Source: Candidatus Latescibacterota bacterium | Lineage (GTDB): Bacteria > Latescibacterota > CBDEFO01 | Assembly: GCA_965248755.1 (NCBI GenBank) | Contig: OZ252149.1 | Span: 3,936,001 to 4,000,000 of the forward strand | Direction: 5' to 3' | Length of the DNA: 64,000 bases | Shown: positions 50,331 through 59,843 of the stretch, piece by piece | How positions within the stretch are numbered: the first letter of the stretch is position 1 | Layout of the letters: each line of letters opens with the position of its first letter | Position numbers and translations under genes: made by a program | Notes under the pieces: model-generated | The model's database searches: none | What the model was told of the DNA's origin: nothing | What the model saw: only the letters and a program-made list of their open reading frames with translations

Positions 50331-51569
50331 ATGGGAAAATTTGCCCTTATTCTGGTGGCGAGCTTTACGTTTGTGTTTGCCACCGTAAAAAATGATCTTA
50401 ATAAGATCAGCGAAGACGCAGTTGACACCTTTGCGGATCACTATGAACAGGTTGCAACGCGCGTCACTGCTGCAAGCGCAGCCAACATAGCCTTAGGGGA
50501 GCTTACGAACGACGATACGTTTACAGGAGAAGGGTACAGCAACATAAGTCTAAATGGTGGCACCTTCAGTATCGGCGTCGCAGATTCGACTGTTGTGGTG
50601 AGCCTATCCTCCAACCAGAACCTGATAACAGCCACAGCAATCATAGTAGGTGATACCTCCTCCAGTTCCGTCACTGCTGATAAAAAGAGCATTGTACCTG
50701 AAATCTCGGCATCAGTTAGTGTAAATGCAAGCATTGCAGGATTTTCGGACGATGACGACGATGGAGATGATGACGACGATGGAGATGATGACGATGATGG
50801 AGACGATGACGACGATGGAGATGATGACGACGATGGAGATGATGACGATGATGGAGACGATGACGACGCAACTTCCGACTTTATCATGTCCGGAAACTCC
50901 AACATAAATGGGATTTACAGTGATGATGATGACTATGATGGAGACGGAGATGATGACGACGATGATGACGACGATGGAGATGACGATGATGACGACGATG
51001 GAGATGAGGAAAGTGTCGATTTTCCTGGGATCAATTTTGCAAGTTCTTCTGATAGTTCGGCTTTAATTCTGAAAGGCAACGCCGAGGTTAACGGTTCTCC
51101 TCCAATGGCTGTTGTCGTAAGCTTCCCCGATCTTGAAGAACTTATGGACAAAATTAAAGATCTTGAGTTTTATGACGAGTATTTAACCGACACAAGTATC
51201 AGTGGGTATAAGGAGTACGGAAGCTTGCCAAACTCTCCCGAGATCACGTATCTTGAACCGAGTGACGGCAGTGTTAGCCTGTCAGGCAATGTCGAAGGAG
51301 CGGGTCTTCTGATCGTGGATGCTGAGGAATTGGATCTGTCCGGCCAATTCAGTTGGGAGGGTGTGGTAATGATAGTCGGCGAAGATGTTGATGTCAAAAT
51401 GTCTGGAAATTCGAAAATCTCTGGAGCGTTTATGTTTGAAGCTGATTCAGCCACGATAAAGATGAGCGGCAATGCCCAGATCATGTACGACGAAGAGGCG
51501 ATTACTAATACGAAGAATAATCTTCCAAGGAAATACTACTACGCTGTAAATAGTTGGAGAGAACATTAA
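50331..51569 (+). CDS. Membrane-anchored/secreted PilX-like protein with poly-Asp repeats
   Basis: N-terminal hydrophobic segment; two Asp tracts; C-terminal repeated SGN beta-strands; GAGGAGGTG RBS. Confidence 0.7.
   Translation: MGKFALILVASFTFVFATVKNDLNKISEDAVDTFADHYEQVATRVTAASAANIALGELTNDDTFTGEGYSNISLNGGTFSIGVADSTVVVSLSSNQNLITATAIIVGDTSSSSVTADKKSIVPEISASVSVNASIAGFSDDDDDGDDDDDGDDDDDGDDDDDGDDDDDGDDDDDGDDDDATSDFIMSGNSNINGIYSDDDDYDGDGDDDDDDDDDGDDDDDDDGDEESVDFPGINFASSSDSSALILKGNAEVNGSPPMAVVVSFPDLEELMDKIKDLEFYDEYLTDTSISGYKEYGSLPNSPEITYLEPSDGSVSLSGNVEGAGLLIVDAEELDLSGQFSWEGVVMIVGEDVDVKMSGNSKISGAFMFEADSATIKMSGNAQIMYDEEAITNTKNNLPRKYYYAVNSWREH
50748..51010 (+). repeat. 18-nt (GDDDDD)n tandem repeats in two blocks
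   Basis: GGAGATGATGACGACGAT-type units at 50748-50867 and 50922-51010. Confidence 0.9.
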
Positions 51570-51851
51570 ACAGGTGTAGGGAGGCAGTATACAAGCGCTC
51601 CTTGAAAATCACAAGACGTTTTCTCTTTCCCAGAAGAGTTTAGTAAAAGTAGAATCAGCAATTCACTTTGCTTCCTGGGAAACCCAAACACTGCTCGTAA
51701 ACTTCTATTTTTTAACTTGCTTGGCGAGTCCCTTCCCTAGTGCACCTTTTGCATTAACTCCCCATCCTCACTGAGGATCCCCTTTTACACGAAATCTATT
51801 ACTATAGATAATACGCTGTATTACAATGGCTTATGCCAATGTTACTTTTAT

Positions 51852-51867
51852 TGGCATTATTTTTGCT
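51852..51867 (+). promoter_or_regulatory. Sigma54 -24/-12 promoter
   Basis: TGGCAT-TATTT-TTGCT with GG and GC 12 nt apart, ~70 nt upstream of the transglycosylase ATG. Confidence 0.7.
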
Positions 51868-51938
51868 ATCACTATAGAGGGCCGAAAGGGCAAATCTTCC
51901 CTTGAAGTCGATGTAATAAAACTCTAAAGGTCCTTTAT

Positions 51939-52733
51939 ATGAACCGCGTCGTATTTATAGCATCTCCTGTTATCGTCTATATGCTGTCGTTTGGGGATAC
52001 GACTTCCAGTCCAAATCCGTCGGAAAGCTCGATAGACATTTCTCTGATGGATGACTACACCGAATCCCCGATTTACTTGGAATCAGAGAAGCTCAATCCT
52101 CTATCAGATACCGTTGGGACAGTAGATCTGGCTATCTCACGATACGACTCCCTGATCAAGAAATATTCAGATCAGCACGGTTTCGACTGGCTGCTTATTG
52201 CCGCCTTGATCTGGGAGGAGTCCCGGTTTGATCCAAAAGCCACCAGCCGCTCCAGGGCCAAGGGGCTGATGCAGATTATGCCACAGACAGCGCAAGAGTT
52301 GAAGTTAGTCAAGATATACGATCCAGAATCCAATATCTGTGCGGGTGTTAAATACTTTAAAAGGCAGTGTGAACTCTTCCGACAGAAGGAGGGGATAGAG
52401 CTTCTACGCTTTGCTTTAGCGAGCTATCACAGTGGGTTTGGCCACGTGGTGGATGCTCAGAAGATAGCCCGGCACATCGGTCTTCCGACGGACAGTTGGG
52501 AATCTTTGAGAAAGACATTCCCTATGCTCGACAGGAAACAGAGTCAACTACATCGGCTCATCTGGGCCAAACCCAGGCCGAGACACGGGTTCTATCGGGG
52601 CGCCAGAAGGACTATCGCCTACGTAGAATCAGTTGAGCAAAAATATATGGAATATCAAAAGTTAGCTGGTCTGGATGTTCAGGATCGGGAATTGGCTGCA
52701 ATCTATCAACGCTCAACGGACGATTTGTATTAA
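51939..52733 (+). CDS. Lytic transglycosylase (SLT/MltF C-terminal-like)
   Basis: DWLLIAALIWEESRFDP, AKGLMQIMP, ALASYHSG.GHV.DA. Confidence 0.9.
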   Translation: MNRVVFIASPVIVYMLSFGDTTSSPNPSESSIDISLMDDYTESPIYLESEKLNPLSDTVGTVDLAISRYDSLIKKYSDQHGFDWLLIAALIWEESRFDPKATSRSRAKGLMQIMPQTAQELKLVKIYDPESNICAGVKYFKRQCELFRQKEGIELLRFALASYHSGFGHVVDAQKIARHIGLPTDSWESLRKTFPMLDRKQSQLHRLIWAKPRPRHGFYRGARRTIAYVESVEQKYMEYQKLAGLDVQDRELAAIYQRSTDDLY

Positions 52734-52908
52734 ACTGTTTATGTGAAAGCAAGTGCAACGCTTGCACAAATTGCAGTGATCACTATAAATTACACATCCT
52801 GCTAATTATTCTGACGTTAACTCTCTTTTTAACCGTAATATGCGCTGTAACACCGATGTTACATGCAATAGTTGCACTTATTGTTTAAGTGGGTCGGAGA
52901 ATTAGGAC

Positions 52909-53373
52909 ATGGATTTGCCGAATCATATCTTCGATACTGATCTGCTTGTTCCGAAACTGAGATCGTCTGATAAGATTGGAGCTATCAAAGAACTCGTTGA
53001 TGTGATGTATAAAGCAAATTACGTGAAGGATAGCTTGGGATTTCTGCAGTCTGTGCTCGAAAGGGAGGATATCGAAAGCACAGTAGTGGAGGAGGGTGTG
53101 GCGTTTCCGCACGCAAGAAGCAGGTGTGTCGAAAAGCTCGGTGTGGCTGTGGGGATATCCCCCAAAGGGGTGGATTTCCGTCCGGAGCAGGACGATGCAC
53201 CAGTCCATCTTATCTGCCTTTTTGCTGTTCCTCCGTCAGTTTCCGGTTCGTATCTGTCTCTGCTATCTTCGCTGTCCAAGGTCTTGGAGGATAATAGGCT
53301 AAAGCATAACCTTGCCGAATGCCATTCAGCTAATGAGATAAATGAATTGTTCTTTCAGAGGATGAACGGTTAA
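52909..53373 (+). CDS. PTS EIIA (Ntr/fructose-type) domain protein
   Basis: LEREDIEST...GVAFPHAR with the phospho-His. Confidence 0.85.
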   Translation: MDLPNHIFDTDLLVPKLRSSDKIGAIKELVDVMYKANYVKDSLGFLQSVLEREDIESTVVEEGVAFPHARSRCVEKLGVAVGISPKGVDFRPEQDDAPVHLICLFAVPPSVSGSYLSLLSSLSKVLEDNRLKHNLAECHSANEINELFFQRMNG

Positions 53374-53496
53374 TTCAGAATTATTAATATCTTTTGCAAC
53401 GGATAATCTACTTTTTCCCCAATAAGTTCATCGAACCACCTCGTGGTCTGATACTCACTTTTGAGGGTGCCCTTAGCTTAACACAGGAGGTCCATT

Positions 53497-54342
53497 TTGG
53501 GTCATATGTTAAAAGACGTCTTTGACGACAATCAGGTTTCCCTGAAGACATATTTTTCAGAGATAGTGGACTCGCAGCCTCTATCCCTGGAGGAAGAGAT
53601 GCAATTAGCTCTGCGAATAAAGAATGGAGACAAAAAAGCTAGGAACAAACTCGTAGAGGCAAATCTGCGTTTTGTAGTTGATACAGCCAAAGAATACAGA
53701 AACAGAAGCCTTCCACTTTCAGAGTTGATCAGCGCAGGGAACATGGGTTTGATGATTGCAGCTGAAAGATACGATGGAACTAAAGGATATAAGTTTATCT
53801 CCTACGCCGTATGGTGGATACGTCAGGCTATATTGCAGGCTCTTTCTCAAGATTCCAGGATGGTGCGGATCCCGCCCAACAGGATGAGTTTGCTTAGAAA
53901 CATCTCCAGGACATCCCGAGCTCTCGAGCAGGAAATGGAGGGAGATCCGGGTGTGGAGGACATAGCAAAAGAGTTGGGAATATCGGCGGATTCGGTGGAG
54001 ACAACCTTGCAAATGGGATGGGACGTAAAATCCCTGGACGAGCCGTTCTTGGACGACGATGAACACAGTCTGCACGATCTGCTGCCGGATATGGCTCAGA
54101 CGCTGCCTGACACCTCGGTGATGGAAAAATCTTCGACCGAGCAGATAGAGTTGGTGCTTTCCGAGTTGAAGGAGCGAGAGGTGCAGGTTCTGAGGTTGTA
54201 CTTTGGCCTGGATGGAAACGATCCGCTCACCTTGGAGGAGGTCGGTGAAAGGATCAATTTAACTCGCGAAAGAGTGCGCCAGATAAAGGAAACAGCCCTG
54301 CGCAAACTGCGCCATCCAAAGCGCCGCGCTATGCTCACTTGA
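53497..54342 (+). CDS. RNA polymerase sigma70 factor (RpoD/RpoS-like, lacking region 1.1)
   Basis: LVEANLRFVV, KFISYAVWWIRQ, TLEEVG...TRERVRQI. Confidence 0.92.
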   Translation: MGHMLKDVFDDNQVSLKTYFSEIVDSQPLSLEEEMQLALRIKNGDKKARNKLVEANLRFVVDTAKEYRNRSLPLSELISAGNMGLMIAAERYDGTKGYKFISYAVWWIRQAILQALSQDSRMVRIPPNRMSLLRNISRTSRALEQEMEGDPGVEDIAKELGISADSVETTLQMGWDVKSLDEPFLDDDEHSLHDLLPDMAQTLPDTSVMEKSSTEQIELVLSELKEREVQVLRLYFGLDGNDPLTLEEVGERINLTRERVRQIKETALRKLRHPKRRAMLT

Positions 54343-54567
54343 TCTGTTAGTGGCTTGCCATTTGTATTAACTCCCTTACCACGTCTCTCGACGCATTTCT
54401 GTTCAGACTTTGTCTGGAATTCTTAAGTGCTCTTGATCGGCCATTAACTGGGCGATGAGTCTGTCCACGTTTGCGGCTATCTTCTGATGCCCTTCCAATT
54501 GCAGCCTGTACTGTTTGAGCCCTTTTTTCTCTGTGATCGTATCTTCCTCTCCTCGTCTTCATGAATA

Positions 54568-54608
54568 ACTTAAAGCCGCAAGGTCAAGTCACCGTGCGGC
54601 TTTAAGTG
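54568..54608. terminator. Strong stem-loop
   Basis: ACTTAAAGCCGCA...TGCGGCTTTAAGT 13-bp perfect stem. Confidence 0.55.
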
Positions 54609-54920
54609 TGCTCTATAATCTTTATCGGTTTTTCTGAAGGGTCCCCTCTGGAATTTGCTACGGAGATGCATCCCACAGTTGGAACGTTTATTACGTTTTA
54701 ATAGGTGTTGATGTGCAGAATCTATGGTCATTTTCTTACTATTTCTCAAACATATTGAACTTGAGAGAGATGTCTCCGGTCAAAAACTTTGCAGGTCTGT
54801 TCCTCTACAGCGATCTTATAGGGAAAATCTGAAGCTTTCACGACATTGACACCTGTGTATATTTTTATTATATTTTTGCGTGTGTTAAAGGAGCTTTGGA
54901 CTTTAGAATTGGGGAAAAGG

Positions 54921-55283
54921 ATGCGGGATAAATTCATCGATATAAAGATTGTGGAGAATATGGCTCAGCTTGCTTATTTAGAGCTCAGCCAAGAAGATAA
55001 GGGGGATTTCCCCAGGGAGCTTGCGAGCGTACTGGAGAATATCCACTTTCTTATGACTGTGGATGTCACAGGGGTTGAGCCGACTTATCAGGTGCTCCCT
55101 TTAAGGTTTCTGTCCGTTTCAAGGAAGCAGGATAAGGCTACAGAATCTCTGACGGAGGATGAAAGGAAGATAATATTTGAGAATGCTCCTGATAAAAGGG
55201 ACTACTACGATGCGGACGATCGCGAGAAAGCTGAACCAACCGTGTATTTTACTATGCCAAAGCTTATGCAGGATCACGGATAG
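54921..55283 (+). CDS. gatC: Asp/Glu-tRNA amidotransferase subunit C-like (divergent)
   Basis: VENMAQLAYLEL...VDVTGVEPT...NAPD...FTMPK; directly upstream of gatA. Confidence 0.7.
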   Translation: MRDKFIDIKIVENMAQLAYLELSQEDKGDFPRELASVLENIHFLMTVDVTGVEPTYQVLPLRFLSVSRKQDKATESLTEDERKIIFENAPDKRDYYDADDREKAEPTVYFTMPKLMQDHG

Positions 55284-55289
55284 CCCGAA

Positions 55290-56807
55290 ATGGAAGATAT
55301 GAATCTTACGATACACGAACTCCACGAAAAGCTTATAAGTGGGGAAGCGTCGTCCTTAGAGCTTACGAGAGGTCTGATAGGTAAGATAAGGCGTCTTGAT
55401 CCAGAGCTGAACGGCTTTTATAACTGTGACGGAAGAAGAAGCGTTATGCTTGGCAGAGGATGCAGACAGAAGGATCAAGGCTGGAGATGATATGGATCCC
55501 CTTCTGGGTATTCCTTATGCAGTGAAGGATATAATATGCACCAAGGGCATAAGGACAACGTGTGCCTCGAAGATCTTGGAGGACTTTGTGCCCCCCTATG
55601 ACGCGACGGTCATAAAAAGGCTCAAATCTTTGGGAGCAGTGTTGCTGGGAAAGACAAATCTGGATGAGTTTGCTATGGGGTCATCAACGGAAACGTCTTT
55701 TTACGGTACGACCCATAATCCATGGGATATGTCTTTCAGTCCAGGAGGGTCGAGCGGGGGGTCTGCTGCTGCGGTGGCTTCGAATGAGTGTGTCTTTTCG
55801 CTGGGCACGGATACTGGAGGATCGATTCGGCTTCCGGCGAGCTTGTGCGGTGTGGTGGGATTGAGACCTACCTACGGGAGGGTTTCTCGCTACGGACTGG
55901 TTCATTTTTCTTCTTCGATGGACGCTATCGGGCCAATAACCAAGGATGTAGAGGACTGCGCCCTTGTTATGAATGCTATATCTGGATGGGATCGCTTAGA
56001 CGTGACATGCGCAAGATTAGATGTACCCAATTATATACAGCTTATTAAAGCTCCAAGGAAGAAACTGACCGTCGGGATCTCGGACGATTTCCTCGATTTC
56101 CAGATAGGAAACAGGATAGTAGAGGTAGATGTTAATATAAGAGAAACTTTTCTTTCTCTCGTGTAAAGACTTAGAGATTATGCTCAGTTTGAAAGTGTGA
56201 ATGTGGAGAAACATAAGCTCGAGTATCTGGGCTATACTATTCCTACATATCAGCTATTGTGTAGCTCGGAGGCAAGCTCGAATCTGGCAAGGTACGACGG
56301 GACGATTTACGGTCACAGATCATACGGAAGTTACACGGATCCTGTGGAGATGATGATTAAAACCAGAGGCGAGGGATTCGGCAAAGAGGTAAAAGGAGGA
56401 TAATGATAGGGACGTACTACTTGAGTGCAGGATTTCAGGATGAGTATTTCACCAGGGCTCAGAAGGTCAGGACTCTCATAAGGCGGGATCTGGAAAAAGT
56501 CCTGTCCCGATGTGATGTTTTAGTGGCTCCGACAACAGCACAGGAGGCGTTTAAGATAGGTTCTCTTGCTGATGACCCTGTCAAGATGCATCTTACGGAT
56601 ATATGTGTGGCTCCAGCGGGATTAGCGGGGATCCCAGCTATAACTGTGCCTTGTGGATTTTCCAACGGCCTTCCTATAGGATTGCAGATAATGGGCAGGC
56701 AATTCGATGAGGGCACAGTTATGCAGGTGGCGTATGCGATAGAGCAAGTCGTAAGGGAGAACGAAGACACAGAGAGCCACTTTGCAGAAAAGGTGGATGG
56801 TGTTTAG
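55290..56807 (+). pseudogene. gatA: Asp/Glu-tRNA amidotransferase subunit A with two frameshifts and one nonsense
   Basis: Amidase signature [29 protein letters not shown]; frameshift near 55420, in-frame TAA at 56164-56166, frameshift near 56395. Confidence 0.88.
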
Positions 56808-56848
56808 ATTTTAGTTGTGGGAAAAGTCAAAATGACCTATCTTTAAAC

Positions 56849-56877
56849 TTGACAAAGACCTAGTTTTGATTTATTAT
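56849..56877 (+). promoter_or_regulatory. Sigma70 promoter of the polysaccharide locus
   Basis: TTGACA-N17-TATTAT. Confidence 0.6.
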
Positions 56878-57093
56878 ACGCCACGTACAGGAGCAATCTT
56901 TGCTGTATGTCTTTACTGATAAAAAGTGCGGTGAAAGTAGAGATAATTAAGATTAGCAGAAATCTATTTTAATCACAATGTGACCAAGGTCACTGAACAA
57001 AAGTTTAAATAATATGATCTTTAGCCATAATCGGGTATCACTGTAAAATTCTCAGTTTGCACACGCAACTCTGAGTGCATCAGGTTAGGAACT

Positions 57094-59637
57094 ATGAATA
57101 CAAAAGAGACTGAAAGACCTCGTACACACTCGATTCGATATTTGATAGATATATTGTTCAGAAGAAAATGGGTGATCTTGCTGTGCCTTTGCGGAGTGTT
57201 GGCTCCTATAGTTTATCACAATGAGATGTCCTCGCCCGTCTATCAAGCCAAGACGACTATTGTAGTTCAAGAGTCAAGGAGTCCTATACCCAGTACGGCG
57301 GACTTATCCGAATCGATCTTTGGAAAAAAAACGTTCATAAGCAATCAGATTCAGGAGATCGAAAGCAGAACGCTTGCTGAAGAAGTCGTAAGGAATCTTC
57401 CTGAGGAAGTTAAGGAGAGCTTTCCTGTGCCCGATCCACTCCCACGTTCGTTTAACTTCGACAGGCTCTTAGCGTCACAGATCCGCAACAGCATCTCGGC
57501 TAATCAGATCAGGGAGGCGGATGTTATAATTATACAGGTGGAATCCTACGATGCCGAAGCCGGAGCTGTAATCGCCAATACAGTGACAAAGGTGCTGCAA
57601 GACAGGAGCCTGGATGTAAATCGCGAAGCAGTTACCGAGGTTAGAAAGTTAATTGGGAAACAGTTGAAAGACTATAAAGAGCTCTTAGAGGCCGCTGAGG
57701 AGGATTTAAAGTCTTTTAAAGAGGAAAACAAAGTAGTCCTTCTGGACGATGAGGCACGTGAGATCTTAAGGAGAATAACCGAGGCTGAAAGGTTGTATAA
57801 TTCTATTATATCCGAAAAGGATGGGGTTTCAGCCGGTTTAGAGATTGTGGAGAAGAGGCTATTACAGGAGAAGGATAAGATCATACCGTCGGCTACACAG
57901 GCGACGATCTTCTGGTCAAACGAACTGCAGGGGATGACTTCCTCATTGAACGAACTCAAGGAGAAACTATTCAAACTTCAGAGTTCGCGGGACAAATTGG
58001 AAATTGAGGGCTATTCTGAAGATCATCAGAAGATAAAAGAATTAGATGAAGATATAGAAAGGGCTAAAACAAAGTTGGCTCAGGAGGCGTTAAAGATAAT
58101 AGATCAGGAAAATGTTCTGGATCCACTATCCCAGATGCAAGATCTAGCTGAGAGATCTATCCAGATGAGCATAGATCTGGAGGTGTTGAAGTCGCGGGAG
58201 AAGGCGCTCAGGACGATAATTGAGGCTTACGAGATCAGTCTAAAGCTCCTGCCCGATAAGGAATTACAACTGACGCAATTGACAAGAAGTAAAGAGGTAA
58301 ATAATAGTATATACATGATGCTACGTCGTAAGTACGAGGAAGCGCGAATAAACGAAGCCGGTAAACTGGCAAATATAAGAGTGATCGATCCGGCGGAAGT
58401 CCCTTCTGGTCCTATAAGACCGAGGAAGGGACTGAATCTATTGATAGGTCTTATAGTCGGATCGATATTAGGACTTGGCCTGGCTCTATTCTTGGAGTCT
58501 TTGGATACCTCGCTCAAGACTATAGAGGATGTGGAAAACTACGTCGATCTTCCTATGATGGGATCTATTATGCTGATGAAGAATGTGGCCAACGGTAAGT
58601 CAAGAAGAAGACGCAAGGATGAACAGGATGCAGAAGTCACTAACATCGCTGAGGAGAATCTGATCACAGCTTACAATCCCAATTCGCCCTATTCAGAAGG
58701 ATATAGGACCATCAGGACGAATTTACAATTTTCGGGAGTGGACCGGCAATTAAGAACGGTTTTACTCACCAGCCCTGAGCCTCAAGATGGCAAGTCTATC
58801 ACAACGGCGAATTTGGCTATAGCGGCTGCTCAGGTAGGTCTCATGACGCTTGTTGTGGATACTGACTTGAGGCGAACCGTACTTCACCATCTCTTCAACG
58901 TGGACAGGGAGCCAGGCATCACTAATATCTTGACCAAAAGCGCCGAGATGGATGAGTCTATAAGACACACCGAAATCGAGAACTTAGATCTTCTGCCCTG
59001 CGGTGCTCTGCCGCCTAATCCTTCGGAGATATTGGCTTCGCAGAGTATGAGAGACTTTTTGGAAGAACTTAAAAGGCGCTACGACGTTGTGTTTTTTGAC
59101 TCCCCTCCAGCTATAGCTGTTACAGACGCTTCGGTTTTAGGGGCCCAGACGGATGGTGTGTCCTTAGTTCTACGGTCTGGTAAGACAAGCGCGGAAGCAG
59201 CGCTACGAGCAAAGACGCTTCTGGAGAACGGCCAGGCCAAGGTCATCGGAACGATTCTCAACGGTATAGACATAGAGCGTACTTATGGAAAATATGGCTA
59301 CTATTATTACCATTACTACTATTATTATTCGTCAGATGAGGATGGCGACGGCGAGGTCAGGAAAGGTAAAAAGAGGAGGACGCATCGCCGCCAGAGTCGT
59401 TCGATCTCGAAATTGATAGTTCCGGTCTTGGTTCTCCTCATAGCAGGCGCCATCTTGGCGAGAGAGAGCATACTGGAATTTATAGGATCCGATGTCCCTT
59501 ATCTTAATTCCCTCTTGAGGGATAAAAAGGATGATTCTGATGATGAGACAATGTCATCTGATAGAGTAGGAGGAGACCTTCCGGGTGAGTCAGAGAGCGC
59601 CCAGACTTCCGGTTTAGATCTCCCAGATGTGAAATGA
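57094..59637 (+). CDS. wzc: Polysaccharide co-polymerase / tyrosine kinase (Wzc/GumC)
   Basis: Two TMs around a coiled coil; EGYRTIRTNL, Walker A PEPQDGKS, DTDLRR, DSPP; C-terminal Tyr cluster. Confidence 0.9.
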   Translation: MNTKETERPRTHSIRYLIDILFRRKWVILLCLCGVLAPIVYHNEMSSPVYQAKTTIVVQESRSPIPSTADLSESIFGKKTFISNQIQEIESRTLAEEVVRNLPEEVKESFPVPDPLPRSFNFDRLLASQIRNSISANQIREADVIIIQVESYDAEAGAVIANTVTKVLQDRSLDVNREAVTEVRKLIGKQLKDYKELLEAAEEDLKSFKEENKVVLLDDEAREILRRITEAERLYNSIISEKDGVSAGLEIVEKRLLQEKDKIIPSATQATIFWSNELQGMTSSLNELKEKLFKLQSSRDKLEIEGYSEDHQKIKELDEDIERAKTKLAQEALKIIDQENVLDPLSQMQDLAERSIQMSIDLEVLKSREKALRTIIEAYEISLKLLPDKELQLTQLTRSKEVNNSIYMMLRRKYEEARINEAGKLANIRVIDPAEVPSGPIRPRKGLNLLIGLIVGSILGLGLALFLESLDTSLKTIEDVENYVDLPMMGSIMLMKNVANGKSRRRRKDEQDAEVTNIAEENLITAYNPNSPYSEGYRTIRTNLQFSGVDRQLRTVLLTSPEPQDGKSITTANLAIAAAQVGLMTLVVDTDLRRTVLHHLFNVDREPGITNILTKSAEMDESIRHTEIENLDLLPCGALPPNPSEILASQSMRDFLEELKRRYDVVFFDSPPAIAVTDASVLGAQTDGVSLVLRSGKTSAEAALRAKTLLENGQAKVIGTILNGIDIERTYGKYGYYYYHYYYYYSSDEDGDGEVRKGKKRRTHRRQSRSISKLIVPVLVLLIAGAILARESILEFIGSDVPYLNSLLRDKKDDSDDETMSSDRVGGDLPGESESAQTSGLDLPDVK

Positions 59638-59843
59638 TCTCCTGTTATATCAGGCATAAACCAAAGCGCTTCGCAGGTGAAAACACTCTCTCGAAATGAA
59701 CCCGATGGCTTGAATACTAAGTGACGAATGTTGGTGCTAGGTACTACGAACTTGAGTTTAAGATCTGGACGGTTAGGCGAACGTCTTTTTTTATTTGTAG
59801 GTAAGGAGTTGGCACCGATAGATTCAAGATACGTTTTGAAGGA

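Noticed and set aside
54347..54562. 71-aa basic ORF on the - strand
   Set aside because: No recognisable motif or clear RBS; not enough support to call a gene
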